A stretch of 64,000 nt of DNA from the human T2T-CHM13v2.0 reference genome, Homo sapiens. The number at the start of each line of letters is the position of its first letter. Positions within the stretch are counted from its first letter, which is position 1. The DNA lies in NCBI RefSeq assembly GCF_009914755.1, contig NC_060938.1. One strand, given 5' to 3'. The position numbers and the translations under genes were made by a program. The notes beneath the pieces are model-generated. The model saw only the letters and a program-made list of their open reading frames with translations. It was not told where the DNA came from and searched no databases. This document shows positions 1 to 12,780 of the stretch, piece by piece.

Positions 1-1269
1 CATCAGAGCAAATGGCCAGGTCTATCCTAAAAGGACTGGTTCCCGGTTCTAACTCTTTTCTCCATCCCAAGTTTCATGGGAGCCAACCCAATCACAAGAT
101 GAGAGAAGGGACATTAAGCTGTGACCTTCAAGCACAGCCCCCGTGAGCCATGCCCAAGACTTGGCCTGTGGAACTGGACTCTGTCCTCAGACCTAGGTCA
201 CCTAAAAGAGAGATGCTTGCAGGGAGAGGACGGCCATGAACTGTAGAATGCAAAGACCCTTGGCCTTCTATGTGGCATGGAAGGATAACTTGGATGACAT
301 TCCCAAGTCGCCCAGTACTGTGAAACAGATCAGAATCTGCCCAGAACACCCAGGGCAAAGCCAATTACTGACTCTGTCACAAAAAACATTGACAGCTTTG
401 CCCAGTGCCGAGCACTCACCGTTCTCCAGAGCTTCCAGTTCTGCCAAACCCATTATATGGTGCCTTGTGTTGCCTCTTTCATTTGAAGGATTATATGCTT
501 TAAAGAAGGATGCTAGAGACAGGGGACACCAATCATGGTTAGCACCGCCAACCTAGTATCCTCCACAGACAGGATCCCCCATGGCGCCACCACCCCTTGG
601 CAAAGCCACATCTTAACAGGAGCCCCCATTTCCTCCCTTTCAAATCTTCAGAGAGCTGTTCACATCATGACCATTTGGATGAAATACTGTCTATTCAGCC
701 AACATAAGGATCCTTCACATTTTGAGCTCCACAAATAGAAACCATGCTGAGTTATCTTGGAGAGGGCGAGGGGTGTAGAAATGACTTGTTGGTGGTGGGG
801 AGGGGACACTCAGTGAATACAGGCAGAAGCAGCAAGGAGAGGCCTGATCTAAAAGCTTTTCAAGGACTTCTCAGGTACCATCCAACTTAGAGACTTCCGC
901 AGCTCTGAACTAATAACCCTCTCAAGGTGATACCATCACAGTGGCCCCAAAGAAAAAGAAGCCTTACATTAAAAGCCTGTGTGAACAGCCAGCTGATATT
1001 CTTGAAAGCATCTCAAAGATTGGTCTAAGAAGAACATTAGCCAGGGTTACTCCCTATTCCAGTCTCTCAGAGAGAACACTGGGATGGGTACAGGGTAGGA
1101 AATATCTGTTTGGGACTCCATGTGGTATGACCACAGATGCCCAGTTTCTCTGACCAGGCACCACTGAGAGCATGAACATGAGGTCATGGAGCTGATGCTC
1201 ATATAGGCAAGTTGACTTTGGCCAGTTCTGTGCCACACCCCAGCCACACCCAGCCAGCTTAGGATAACT

Positions 1270-1830
1270 ATTCATTAACTTACGAAGTACTTATTGAGCA
1301 CCTACAAGGCAGGCCATTGTGCTAGACAGAAAAGACACAGTGGGGATGAGCAAGATACCTTGAGCCCTTCCAGCCTAGCCAAAGAGGCCTCAGATTAATC
1401 AGCTACACATGTATCTATCAACTACAATTGTATAATTAGTGCCATGAAGGAAAAGCATAATTGGCCGTAAAAACACATAGAAGAACCTAACCTAGACTGA
1501 GATGACAAGGAAACCTTCCCTGAGAAAGATCTTTAAGCTGATATGTGTCAGATGAGACGTTAGCTAGGTGGGAAGAGGAGGATTCCAAGTAAGGGGAACA
1601 GCATGGGTGGAGGCTTTGAGCAGTGAAGCAGCTTAGCAAATTACAAGGAAGAGAAAGGCCAGTGAGCAGAGGCTTGATGAGCAAAAGGAAAGGGGTAAGA
1701 GGTAGCTGCAGAGGTAGCTGGAGAAGGATTACAGGCATTTGCAGCCCTTATTTAAGAATCTGTTTTTTAAGTCATTAAAGGCTATTAAGCAAGGCAGTAA
1801 GTGGGTCACATTTTGTTTTTAAAGGAGCAC
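1270..1830 (-). mobile_element. LINE-2 fragment (approximate limits)
   Basis: ttcatt...acttattgagcacctac...aggcc...gtgctag L2 3'-end signature followed by degenerate L2 body. Confidence 0.55.
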
Positions 1831-1849
1831 TCTTTAGCATGAGTGCTAT

Positions 1850-2165
1850 TGGGATGAAGTGGTTCTGTATCTTGATTGTGGTGGTTACATATGTGATAAG
1901 ATTGCATAGAACTGTACATACACATACACATATGTATTTGTACATGTAAAACTAGTCACATCTGAATAAAGTCTATGATTGCATTAATATCAATTGCCTG
2001 GTTTTGATATTGTGCTATAATTACATAAGATGTTGCCCTTGGAGAAAACTGAGTGACGAGCTCAAGGACTTTTTGTAATATATTTTGTAACTTCCTATGA
2101 AGCTATAATTATGTCAAAATAAATAGTTGAAAATATATTTTTAAATAAGGAAAACAAATAAAAAA
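1850..2165 (+). mobile_element. Old L1 (L1MC-like) 3' end
   Basis: gttctgtatcttgattgtggtggttac...ttgatattgtgctata...aagatgtt...tgtaacttcctatgaa...tcaaaataaa. Confidence 0.7.
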
Positions 2166-2174
2166 TTAAATCAT

Positions 2175-2525
2175 CAAAAAGAAAGGAAGGTGGAAGGCAG
2201 ATAAGAAAAAGGAGAGAGAGAGGAAGGAGGGAAGGAAGAAAGGAAGGAAGGAAGGAAAGAAGCAGGAGGAAGGGAGGGAAGGAGGGAGGGAAGGAAAGAA
2301 GGAAGGAAGGAGAAGGGAAGAGATGAAAGGGACAGAAGGGAAGGAAGGGAAGGAAGGGAAAGAAGGGAAGGAGGGAAGGATGGAGGGAGGGGAAGGGGAG
2401 AGAAGAGGGGAAGGGGATGGGAAGGAGAGAGGAAGAGGAGGGGAAGGGAGGGGAAGGGGAGGGGAAAGGGAGAGGGGAGGGGGAAGGACAAGAGAAGGGG
2501 AGGGGAAGGGAGGAAGGAAGGATGA
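2175..2525. repeat. GA-rich / (GGAA)n-(GGGA)n low-complexity tract
   Basis: About 350 nt of almost pure purines on the plus strand. Confidence 0.95.
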
Positions 2526-2559
2526 AGGGGCTGTACGCTAAGGAAAGAATTGTTGAGGG

Positions 2560-3230
2560 GTGGGAGGGTACAGGAATGTAAGAATTGTTGCCAGGAAGCT
2601 AGTTAGGAGGCTAATGCAGCTACCAGGAGAGATACAAGAATGATTCAACTAAGGTGGAAATTTGAGAAATGTTAAAGAAATACTTGACAGGACTTGACTA
2701 TTGTTTGAATGTTGGGAATATGGGAAAATGATGAGAAATAATCCCAAGTTCTGACCCATGAAACTAGGTAGATTGTAGATTACAGTGAAACTTAGATGAG
2801 AAAGACTGTAGAAGGATTGCAGGGACCACATAGAGGAAGAGGATTCCTTCTGTGTTGAGCATGCTGAAACTGAGAATTCTGGTGGAAATGTTGAGTGGAT
2901 AGTTGAATGTATGGGTCGAAATTCAGAAGTTTTTGCTAAATAGGTGATAAGTGAAACCATGAGAATTAATGAAATTATCTAGGGAAAAGGGAATGAGGAA
3001 GTATCTAGGGAAAGAAAGGAAGAGGAGAGAAGAAAGGAGAATAGAGAAAAGGGTCTAGGACTGAGCTTGGAGGAGCTCAAGTCCTCCAAGATCAAAAGAA
3101 AGAACCAGCAAAGGAAAGAGAGAAACATGGCAAGAGGTAAGAAGCAAATCGGGTGAGTATGGGGTCACAGTAACCAAAAGAAGAGGTTTCAAGAAGGAGA
3201 AGGTGGTCAACTGTGTTTACTGCCACAGGT
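2560..3230 (-). mobile_element. LINE-2 fragment (approximate limits)
   Basis: Degenerate purine-rich L2 motifs such as ttgagcatgctgaa and ggaaatgttgagtggatagttgaatgtatgggtc. Confidence 0.5.
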
Positions 3231-4283
3231 TCTCTAGTTTGTCCTTGCTCAATAAAGACCCCGAGTGAGGGAATGTTGACAGATCAGGGCAAAAGCTACC
3301 CTACTAATAATAACACGCTTCAGTCATGCCATCTTCCCAAGGAAGGAAAGTCAGCACATTCCAGAGCATGACAGAACTCAGCAGCCAAATGTGCATCTGA
3401 GCTGTCTCTGTGAGGAGGGGCCGGGGGTGGCGTGTGCTGCATGCATGTAGCAACACTCCACCAATATTTATCGAGAGCCAGCTCTGTGTCTTAGTTCTCT
3501 AAGACTCCTGTGCTGAGCTATGAAGACATTTTCTGGGATAGCTTTGGACAATGGATGGTAGCAAGTGGGTTTTGGAAATGCCTGTTGGAAGTTTCTGAAA
3601 CAATCTCATGGCTTTCTCTGTGTTCCCATCTTGAGAAAGTCATCAGCCTCCTGAAGATCTTCAAACCCGAAGCAAGGGAGCTAAGTTCACACAGCCTCAA
3701 GCCCCCGACAAAATGCAGGACTAAGATGGGCCTTAGCAGTGGCTGCAGGAACTCCTTCTCCTCCACACTCAGGACATCACTCAAGCGCAAGAAGAAAGTA
3801 GGGGAGGGAAATACTATTGTAACTTCTCAGCCAGGGAGGGTGAGACACAAAAAGTTTAAGTCATCAGCAGGTGCAAAAACTGTGCCCAGAACTAAATCCT
3901 CCTGTCTGGACCACCATAACAGATTTGCTCCTGCGCCTTTCTCCAAAAACTGCAGAAATCATTTGCCAGACAAAACTGCAAGAATGAGACTTCTTACCTG
4001 CCACAAAAATTACTTCAATAATACACACTGTTAGACAAAAAGAAGTGTCTAAGGAAAGTAATAGCAGCTTGTTTCTAAGGTTCACTGGTCTTACTTTTGC
4101 CCAGAACTAATTCCTAAATGCTTTGAAAGTAAGAGAATAACAAATACGGTCTTTCCAATTCAAAGGTGAAAGAAAAAAAGAGGCACATGGCTATAAGGTA
4201 ATTTGTAATACTTATGGTCACTTGATATTTGAGGATCCCTATCTTAATCTCTTTTGTAAAGTTAACCCTCATTCTCTAGGGTA

Positions 4284-4357
4284 TTAGGCTGGTGCAAAAG
4301 TAATTGCAGTTGTTGCCATTAATGGCAAGTACTGCAATTACTTTTGCACCAACCTAA
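4284..4357. mobile_element. MADE1 (Hsmar1-derived mariner MITE) with TA target-site duplication
   Basis: ttaggctggtgcaaaagtaattgc...gcaattacttttgcaccaacctaa flanked by TA at 4282-4283 and 4358-4359. Confidence 0.93.
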
Positions 4358-7300
4358 TACTTGCTTGGAAATCTAGATTTTTTCATAGCCCCAGTTTTCT
4401 TTAGAGCAAGAAATACCCATATTGCTATTTAAATAGCCTACTATAGTGGAGGGAAGACAACCCTTCCCAGGCCCCCCTGGGTGCCATGATTCAACAGAGC
4501 ATTTATAAGATTCCAATTACCAAAATGAATTTAGAAAATGGTGCACTGTGCATGATTCAGCCCAGCCGGATCATTAAAAACCTAGTCCTTCCCGGATGTT
4601 CCTCTAAATGTATTCTATCAGGAGCATTCAGTAAATCTCCTGCTAGCTTATTGAGCTGGGTCAGTGGTGAACTTGGTGTGAAGAGCCATTCCTGATTCAG
4701 CCCTAACCCTTCCAGAACTGACCTCAATCCTCCCTAGAGGTTGACACTGGGTATGTCACCCATGGCCACTATGTATGGGAGATCTAACTGCTGGAGTGGG
4801 CTTTTGGGAGATCAGCATTTGGCTTCAGGGTGCTATTTCAGCAGATGGAGGGAAAGGGAAACCAATGGGTTATGGGAAACTTCTCAGACAGATGATAATC
4901 CATGAGGCTGGGAGTACCCGGTGTTTCTGACACTACAGCCTACTGAGCTCAGTAAAAAAGGAAAGGCAGGCATCTGAGAGCAGTGACAGCAGCCTTGGCA
5001 CTGGAAGGACACATCTCATGTCTTTACAGAAACATGTGCACAGATGCTGAAAATGTTCAAGGGACAGCAAATGGGATTTGTGGTATTTGAGTGAGAAGGC
5101 ACACAGATAAATATCCAGGCAAAACTAGTGTTAGTTTCATATTCACAGCTGCCAATTTCTATGCACGCTAATACACAACTGCCCCAACACAAGGGTATTT
5201 CCAGCCTTTTAGGGGAGAAAATATCTAAATATACCTTGTGGATTAAGCTGACATTATGATTGCAACTTAAAAGCTAACCTAAGTCACTTACTAGTCAACC
5301 TCCTCTATAGATATTCAGTACATTGAGAGAAACACAGTTCATTTTCAACAAACCCTGGGCAAAAGAAATACACAAACTGCTATGACATGTGTCTCTTACA
5401 TTATGATCCTTATTAAAAGAGTTTTTATTTTATTATCACCGGTATTTAATTTGGACTAGGCTAAGCCACATCACTGATTGAATTAGGGCTCCAGGAAAAA
5501 AAATTATCTTCCTAGGTATGCATTGAAAACATAAATAAAACAAATATAAATAACTTTGGAATCAGCATGGTCTATTATTTATTCATTGTGAAATTATAAA
5601 CATCTAATTATACTTTATTACCTTATTTATCAATGTTGATCTCTTAAAAGCTAATTTCTCAGGCAAAGAGAACTTAAATATCCATGGTTCTCAGGCAAGT
5701 AAATGCAAAACTCAAATTGTGCTCCTTATTCTGATGCTTGGTTTACAGAAATTGTATTACATAAAATACATAGAATCAATTCCAACCCAAAATAGCGCCA
5801 AAAACAAGTCTCCATGGGCATTCATTAGAAAATAATTTGGCTCAAATTTCAAATAGTTCTCTATATTCTCATACACATATAAAATTCCTGGTATTTACAA
5901 ATTGCAAATGTATATATGAAGTTTTAGCTAAAGCATTTATGCAAAGTATAGTCATATCTGAATCATCATGCTACAGGGTAATTTGAGAAGAAAAATTATT
6001 ACTAGTTCTCTTTGGGAAGCCATCTCATTCAATCAGATCCATTCATTTTCATTCTCTCACTCCTCTCTTCTCTCTTTCTCTTCTCTCCCTCTTCTGTCTC
6101 TCTCTCTGCCCCATTCCCTCCCCCTCTCTTCATGCTCCTCCACTTTGAGACCCAGCTTGGCAGGTGGAGAGAAGGAGGCTCAGTCATTATATTGAATCTG
6201 TAAAGGGGAAAGGGATGGACCAATTCTGAGCAATCAAAAGTTCAACTCCTTTATGTATATACTATGGCAAGTATGATAACTGGGCACTGCTGCTTCACAT
6301 AATTATTTCTCAAGCCCTGCTTTGTAAACCTTCTGCAAAGGTCTGCAGGTTCACCTCTATCTGCCCCCAGATGTTACTTCTAATGCTGAAGACACCTGCA
6401 AATCGATGATCACAATGGCACTCCAGAGGCATCTGAATGGCTCCCTTTTTCTCTCACCATTTTTATTGCACTTCAAAGAGGACAAAGAAGAGAAAGAGAA
6501 TGGAAAGGACAAATACCAAACAAACAAAAATGCATTAAAAATAAATGATAGCGTGAGCTGTGTGGCTGCCCTTTCTTGGGCAAAACACCTTCCTGTGCAT
6601 CCAGCTCCACTCCTCTTAGAGGTTTGTTTATCCTCTCCTCCAGTTGTCAAGGTCTGTGGCACCCAGGAAACACATGGGATGCAAGCCCCAGGGGCTATTG
6701 CACCAGTCATTCTTATAAATAACCATACAAAGCACATTCATGCAAGAGTATTACGGGCACTTTTAATAGGCTAAACAGCCAAGGGCTCATGGCGCCATTC
6801 TCAAATGGTCCTAGAAATTCCCCAAGTTTTCGTGGTCAGGTGTGGTCCAAGGTGGAGTCTCTAGGAAGTGGATCTACACCTGTCTATAAGCCTGAGGGCA
6901 TACATCATGGTTGGTCTTCTTAAAGTGAAATAATGGGATAGGGAAGCCTTGACCTGGATTTATACAATTTACTCGACTCAACTTGGGGCCAATGCACAGC
7001 ACTAGGAATACGTTGAGAGTCATAGTAATGACCCCAAAGCCCCTAATTAGTCACTGCAGCTGAGGATCAAAAATAATTTATTCATTTATTCATTCCTTTG
7101 ACAGTATTTGTTGAATATATAAATATGGCAGGCACTCTTCCAGGTACTGGGGATATAGCAGTGAGAAAATCCAAACCCCTGCCCTCAATTTACAACTGCC
7201 ACACTTTGAGATATATTACAGCACCTGAGTCCTTTGGACAAGTCAATTGACTTCTCTAGCATTAGTTTTTCAATATATTAAGTTAAAGCATTGGAATCTG

Positions 7301-8450
7301 CTATCCATGAAGCTGTAGCTTTGTCTATGCCACCCAAAAATGGTATTTTTAAAGATACTACTGATCCCCAATTGCCCATCTGCTTGGTGGGATAAACAAG
7401 CCTTCTAAAGTTTGCCAGCTAAAACTGAAAGTTAAAAAAGAAAAAAACTAAGAAAGAAATTAAAATAGCCAGTAAGTCCTTCTAGAATTCATGTCAACTT
7501 TCCCATATTGACCAGCCCAGTCCGATCCAATGTCGACACAACAAAAGATGGCCAAGACAGAAAGCAAAAGAAATCTAGAAATCTAAAGGACTTTTCATCA
7601 ACCATACCACCCACCGCCATGCAATAAGTTAGGCCTATACAGATGAGCTGTCATAAACTGAAGGTAGACAGAGGCCTTGGGTAAGGTTCCATCGATGAGG
7701 AATATTAGATCTGGGATGAGCTAGGTTGAGCTGCTGTGTGACAGCTGCAGATATTGCCAGGCAGGAAGTGACTAAGAGAAGAGGGTCATCGGTATGAGCA
7801 ACTCTGGATGACTTTCCTTTTAAATGCTTCTCTGGATTTGTAGATTGCAGGCAACCAGCTGCCCAAAGTGATTCTTGCCCCACAACAGTGTGTGAAGGTC
7901 AGGCGGCTGAATCATTGCCCAGAGCCCAACATCAATTTTAGATGCCAAGCCTTGACATTTGCTGTGCATTCCAGGCCTCTCTGGACCTCAGGAGCATCCA
8001 ACCATGGGACCTGGCTAAAGGCTCTGTGTTTTCTTTAGGAAAATGAGCCTGAAAAAGAAACCATTGCTTAGATTGGAAACCCTGTAATCCCTGTACTTCC
8101 TACTGTCCTGAGTACATCCAGGAGAATTTCAAAATGTCTGTAATTGATGTATAGCTGGTGGAAAACAGCAGTGATTGGTCAACACTTGATTGCCCATGAT
8201 CCTCCAACTGCTGATCATCCATGAATTAGAAGATGAATTCATGAGTGGTCTAAGTTCTTGAGTTGCCTGAGGACCTTTGAAGTAGCATTCTAATTTTTTC
8301 TTCCAAAAAATATTCCACAGAGTTGTGCTAAGTCAAAAGGAAAAAATGCTTTCCTATCCTTTTCTACGTGAGCCTGGGAAGCAATCATAGAAGTACCTAG
8401 AAGTAGAGGACTGACAGTGTACTCATGACACTTAGACACTTTGTTTTACA

Positions 8451-8747
<297 letters not shown>

Positions 8748-8949
8748 TAAATCATTTTAGTCTAATTTTGAGTGTTCTTGTGGACTTTGCAATCTACCCA
8801 ATTGTGATCAGATTCTCATAGAAAAATAATTCCACTTAATTTGGCAAAATTCACTGAGCACCTGTTCATTGCCAGGAACTGTACAAGGTGCTGAAGTTTC
8901 AAAGAGGAATGAGGCATGACTCCTGCCTTGAGGAGCTCAGTTTGGTAGG

Positions 8950-9495
8950 TGTGCTAGGCAGTCTCTGGCGTGGCTATCAATGAAGGACACCATACTCTTT
9001 TGTCATTCTCCCCCCTTGAGTGTGGGCTGCACTAAATGACTCACCTCAAACTAGTAGAATATGGCAGAAGTGATGAGATGTCACTTATAATATTAGGTTA
9101 TAAAAAGACTGCAACTTTCATCTTCCGAATCCTCTCTTATGCTTTCTCACTTACTTGCTCTAAGGGAAGCCAGCTGCTATATTGTGAGATGCCCTACAGA
9201 CAGGTCCATGTGGCAACATATGAAGGAAGGCCTCAGTGCAGCAGCCCAAGGGGAACTGAATCCTGCCAGAACCCACACGTGTGGGCTTGGAATTGAATTA
9301 TCTCCCAAGTGAGCCTTCAGATGAGACCACAGCCCCAGCTGACAACTTGACTGCAACCCAAGGGAGGCCTTGGGCCAGAGGCACCCAGATAAAACACACA
9401 TAGATTCCTGACCCACAGAAACTATGAGATAATAAGTGTTTGTTGTTTTAAGCTGTTGAGTTTTGGAGTAATTTCTTACACAGATAACTATTATA
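8950..9495 (+). mobile_element. MaLR solo LTR (MLT1E/F-like)
   Basis: gagccttcagatgagaccacagcccc...ttcctgacccacagaaactatgagataataa...gttttaagctg. Confidence 0.8.
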
Positions 9496-9519
9496 TATAG
9501 AGAGAGAGACTCTTTTAAA

Positions 9520-9673
9520 TGACTATAATACAATGTGATAAGTGCCATAATAGGAGAATGAATGAAGTTCCTACAGATAAGGAAGCAATAAATAATGCTG
9601 GAGAGGCTCAGGGAAAGCCACTGAGAGGAGGTAGCTTTCAAGCTGGGCCTTAAAGGATAAATAGGAGTTTTCT

Positions 9674-9731
<58 letters not shown>

Positions 9732-10800
9732 AAACAGCATTACAGGGAAAGGCAACAGCAGGAAATATAAGGTGCATGGTCCACTCAGGCAAAGCAGAGT
9801 AGCTCAAGGAGAGCAGGGAAAAGAGGAATTGCAGGAGATGATGCTAGAAAGGTATGAGGAAAGATTATGAAGAGCCTCTTATGTAGGCATGAGGATCTGA
9901 ATTTAATTCTGTAAACAGTGGGGACTCCTCGGAGGTTTTTAAGCAAGAAACTGATGTGCTTGTACCCATGCTTTAGAGAGATGAGTCTGGTGATAGGTCA
10001 GAAGGCAGATGTGTTGGAGATGGCTGGGGAAGGGGGACCAGTCACTAAATCCATCTATTCAATGAGTTTGTATTGAGCACTTGCAATGTGCCAGGTGCTG
10101 TGATAGATGCTGAGCAATGGAAAACAGACAAAATCCTACCCTTCTGGAGCTTACACTGTAATGAGGGGCATTAGTCCAGGGCAGATCTAATAATTGTGGG
10201 GATGAAAGGAGGAAACATTTGAGAGGTAGAATTGGTCAATAGGACGTGATACCTGCTTGAATATGTGTGTGAGGAAGAGGCAGAAGTAAAAAATGGCATC
10301 AAGATTCCTAGGTTGGGCCACAGAGTAGATGATAAAACTGTTAGCAGAGATGCGACTTGCAGAGTATAACAATGGATTCAAACTGGGCACATTCCATTAA
10401 TTGTGCAGATGAAGATGCCCAGGAATTGGTGTGAAAATGTGGGTCTACATTCAGGAGACAAGACCAGGCTAGAGATATAAATTTAGAAATCATCAGGTTT
10501 GGGTGGTAGATGAAGCCTTGGAAGTTGGTGAGACATTCAGGAAGAGACCACAGAGCACAAAATAAAAAGGACCTAGTTAGGGGTAGAGGGAAGAGTAACC
10601 ATTGGAGTTGAAAGCGTTAAAGAGCACCAAGAAGAGAGTCCACTGAGAAAGCTGGAGACAATGTGGTCAGAAAGGGAGAAGTATCTGGAGAGAGGCACCT
10701 CATGACATCCAAGGAAGAGGAAGGGTGGCACCACCATCAAGTGACAGATGAAGTAAGATAAGAAACAAAGAGAACGTGTTGCCCTGGGTGAGCCATTGGT
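9520..10800 (-). mobile_element. Nested LINE-2 fragments (approximate limits)
   Basis: L2 motifs such as tattgagcacttgcaatgtgccaggtgctgtg and ggctagagatataaatttagaaatcatcag. Confidence 0.5.
9678..9728 (+). repeat. Pure A51 homopolymer
   Basis: Direct count of 51 A. Confidence 0.95.
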
Positions 10801-11344
10801 GATGAGAACTAACACAGTCACTAGTAGCAATGGGCCCTCATGCCTCTCCAAATCACTGATGGCTTCAGCAGCGCAGAGAGAAGAACTCATACACAGATGG
10901 CCTCACAACATGCTTCTTCTGCCGCAGGCTTTGTCCAGCACTCTCAAGCTTGGAAGCACCGTGCACAATGATCTCAGGAACATTGTCTTTACCTAACTCC
11001 ATTCACTCATAGCAGGAATCATTTTCTGATGTAGATTCTGGGGCCAAAGCTAGGCCCTGCCAGCCTCAGTTTCTGTCCTTCCCCCGGCGATGAATCAAAT
11101 CCCACTGGAAGCCGTGCCTTTCTTTCTGACCTTGGATCGAAGATCTTCAGTCCTAGGTGACTGAGCCTTGCCCACAAGGCTGGGGCAGGTCCTGATGGAG
11201 GCTTCTCCCACAGCCCCAGAGTCTGATCAAGTGGCAGTGATGAAAATTCTCCAGGAGGGAAGTTGGGGCCAAAGGTAGGAGGAGCAGCACTGGGAGCCAA
11301 ACGGAATGGTGAGGTGAGGACAGAAATGGTGGCAGGCAGCAATG

Positions 11345-11955
11345 TTGGTGGCTGCAGTGCTTTGCAAAAATGCCCACAAATTCCTTGGTCCTCCTCTTTT
11401 CAAGAAGTGGAGGCTATTCCCCTCTTCTTGAATGTAGACTGGGTTTAATGACTTGCTTTTAACAAACACAGTAAAGAGGAGTGACAATATGCAGTTTTGG
11501 AGACTAAGTTATAAAAGGCACTGTGGTTTCTGTCTTGACTGTGCACTCTGTCTCTATGTCTCTGTCTGTCTCCGATCACTCACTCTGGAGGAAGCCAGCT
11601 ATTGTGTTGTGAGCTGCCTCATGGAAAGGCCCACATGGCAAGGAGCTGAGGGAAGCCTCTGTTCAGCCAGCAAAGAACTGAGACTCTCAACGCAGCAGCT
11701 CATGAGGACCTGAGGCCTAATGGCAACATGAGAGTGAGCTTGGAAGTGACTCCTTCAGCCCTGATGGAGCTTTGAGATGCCTGCAGCCTTGGCCAACATC
11801 TGGACTGCAGCCTCATGGGACACCCTGTGACACACCACCCACCCAAGCCATTCCCAGGTTCCCAACCCTCAGAAGCTATGAGATAATAAATGTTTGCAGT
11901 TTTAAGCTGCCAAGTTGGGGGATAATTTGTTACACAGCAATAGCTAACTAATACA
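11345..11955 (+). mobile_element. MaLR solo LTR (MLT1F-like)
   Basis: ctctggaggaagccagct...gaaaggcccacatggcaagga...tttaagctgccaagttggggataatttgttacacagcaatagctaactaataca. Confidence 0.82.
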
Positions 11956-12589
11956 ATGGCAAAGGAGGAACAGTAAGGGGCCTGGCTGAACACCAGACAT
12001 TTGACAGAACTCCTGCTTAGGCAGTGTCTGCATTGTGCTCCCAGCCACAGTGAGGCCCAGCACTGGGCTGGACAATGAAGGAGAGGAGCAGGGTTTGGGA
12101 TTTTAGATCATTTATCTCTTCCATGCTGTTATTATTTTTTTTCAGTGAATCTCCTTTAAAAGAGCTAATAGTGGGAACAAAGATAATTTCAGTGGCAATA
12201 TGAATGGGTGTGACCCCTCAGCATTTACAGCAAGGTGAGTGCATCTGCCTTCGGTTTCCTGGGTCCAACTTGTTTCCATGGCATGGCCCGAGGAGACTCA
12301 CTGCACCAAAGAGCCTGCCGTCTTCCCCTCAGGCCTTGCCCTCCATGCCCCTGTCTCACTCTCACCCTGCTCTGCCTTCCTTCCACCTGCCTGAGCCTCT
12401 CTCACCTCCAACAAGCCTCCCCTTTAGGTTCCCCAGAACACAACCCCAGTGTTAGAAAGTCAGAGGCTTCCTAGAAGTAAGCCAAACTGATATGAGCAGA
12501 GGAAGAACCTGCAGCTAGTATTCTGGCCTAAAGAAAGCCATGTTTGGATACTTTAATGATCCTTATAACTTTTCCAAGGAAGCACCTTT

Positions 12590-12780
12590 CTATTGACTGA
12601 TTTTGTTTTGATTCCCCGTGGGGATCCTGTGAGGTGGGCAGAACAGATAGGAACATTCCTGATTTACAAATGAAGAAGTTGAGGCTCAGAATGGCTCAGG
12701 CAGCCCGCAAGTAAGTAGTGGAGCCAGGGCTAGTGGAACATCCATGTCTTCACATTCTAATCCTTTGGTCTCTCACTACA
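12590..12780 (-). mobile_element. MIR SINE fragment
   Basis: ctgtgaggtgggca...tttacaaatgaagaagttgaggctcaga core. Confidence 0.55.
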
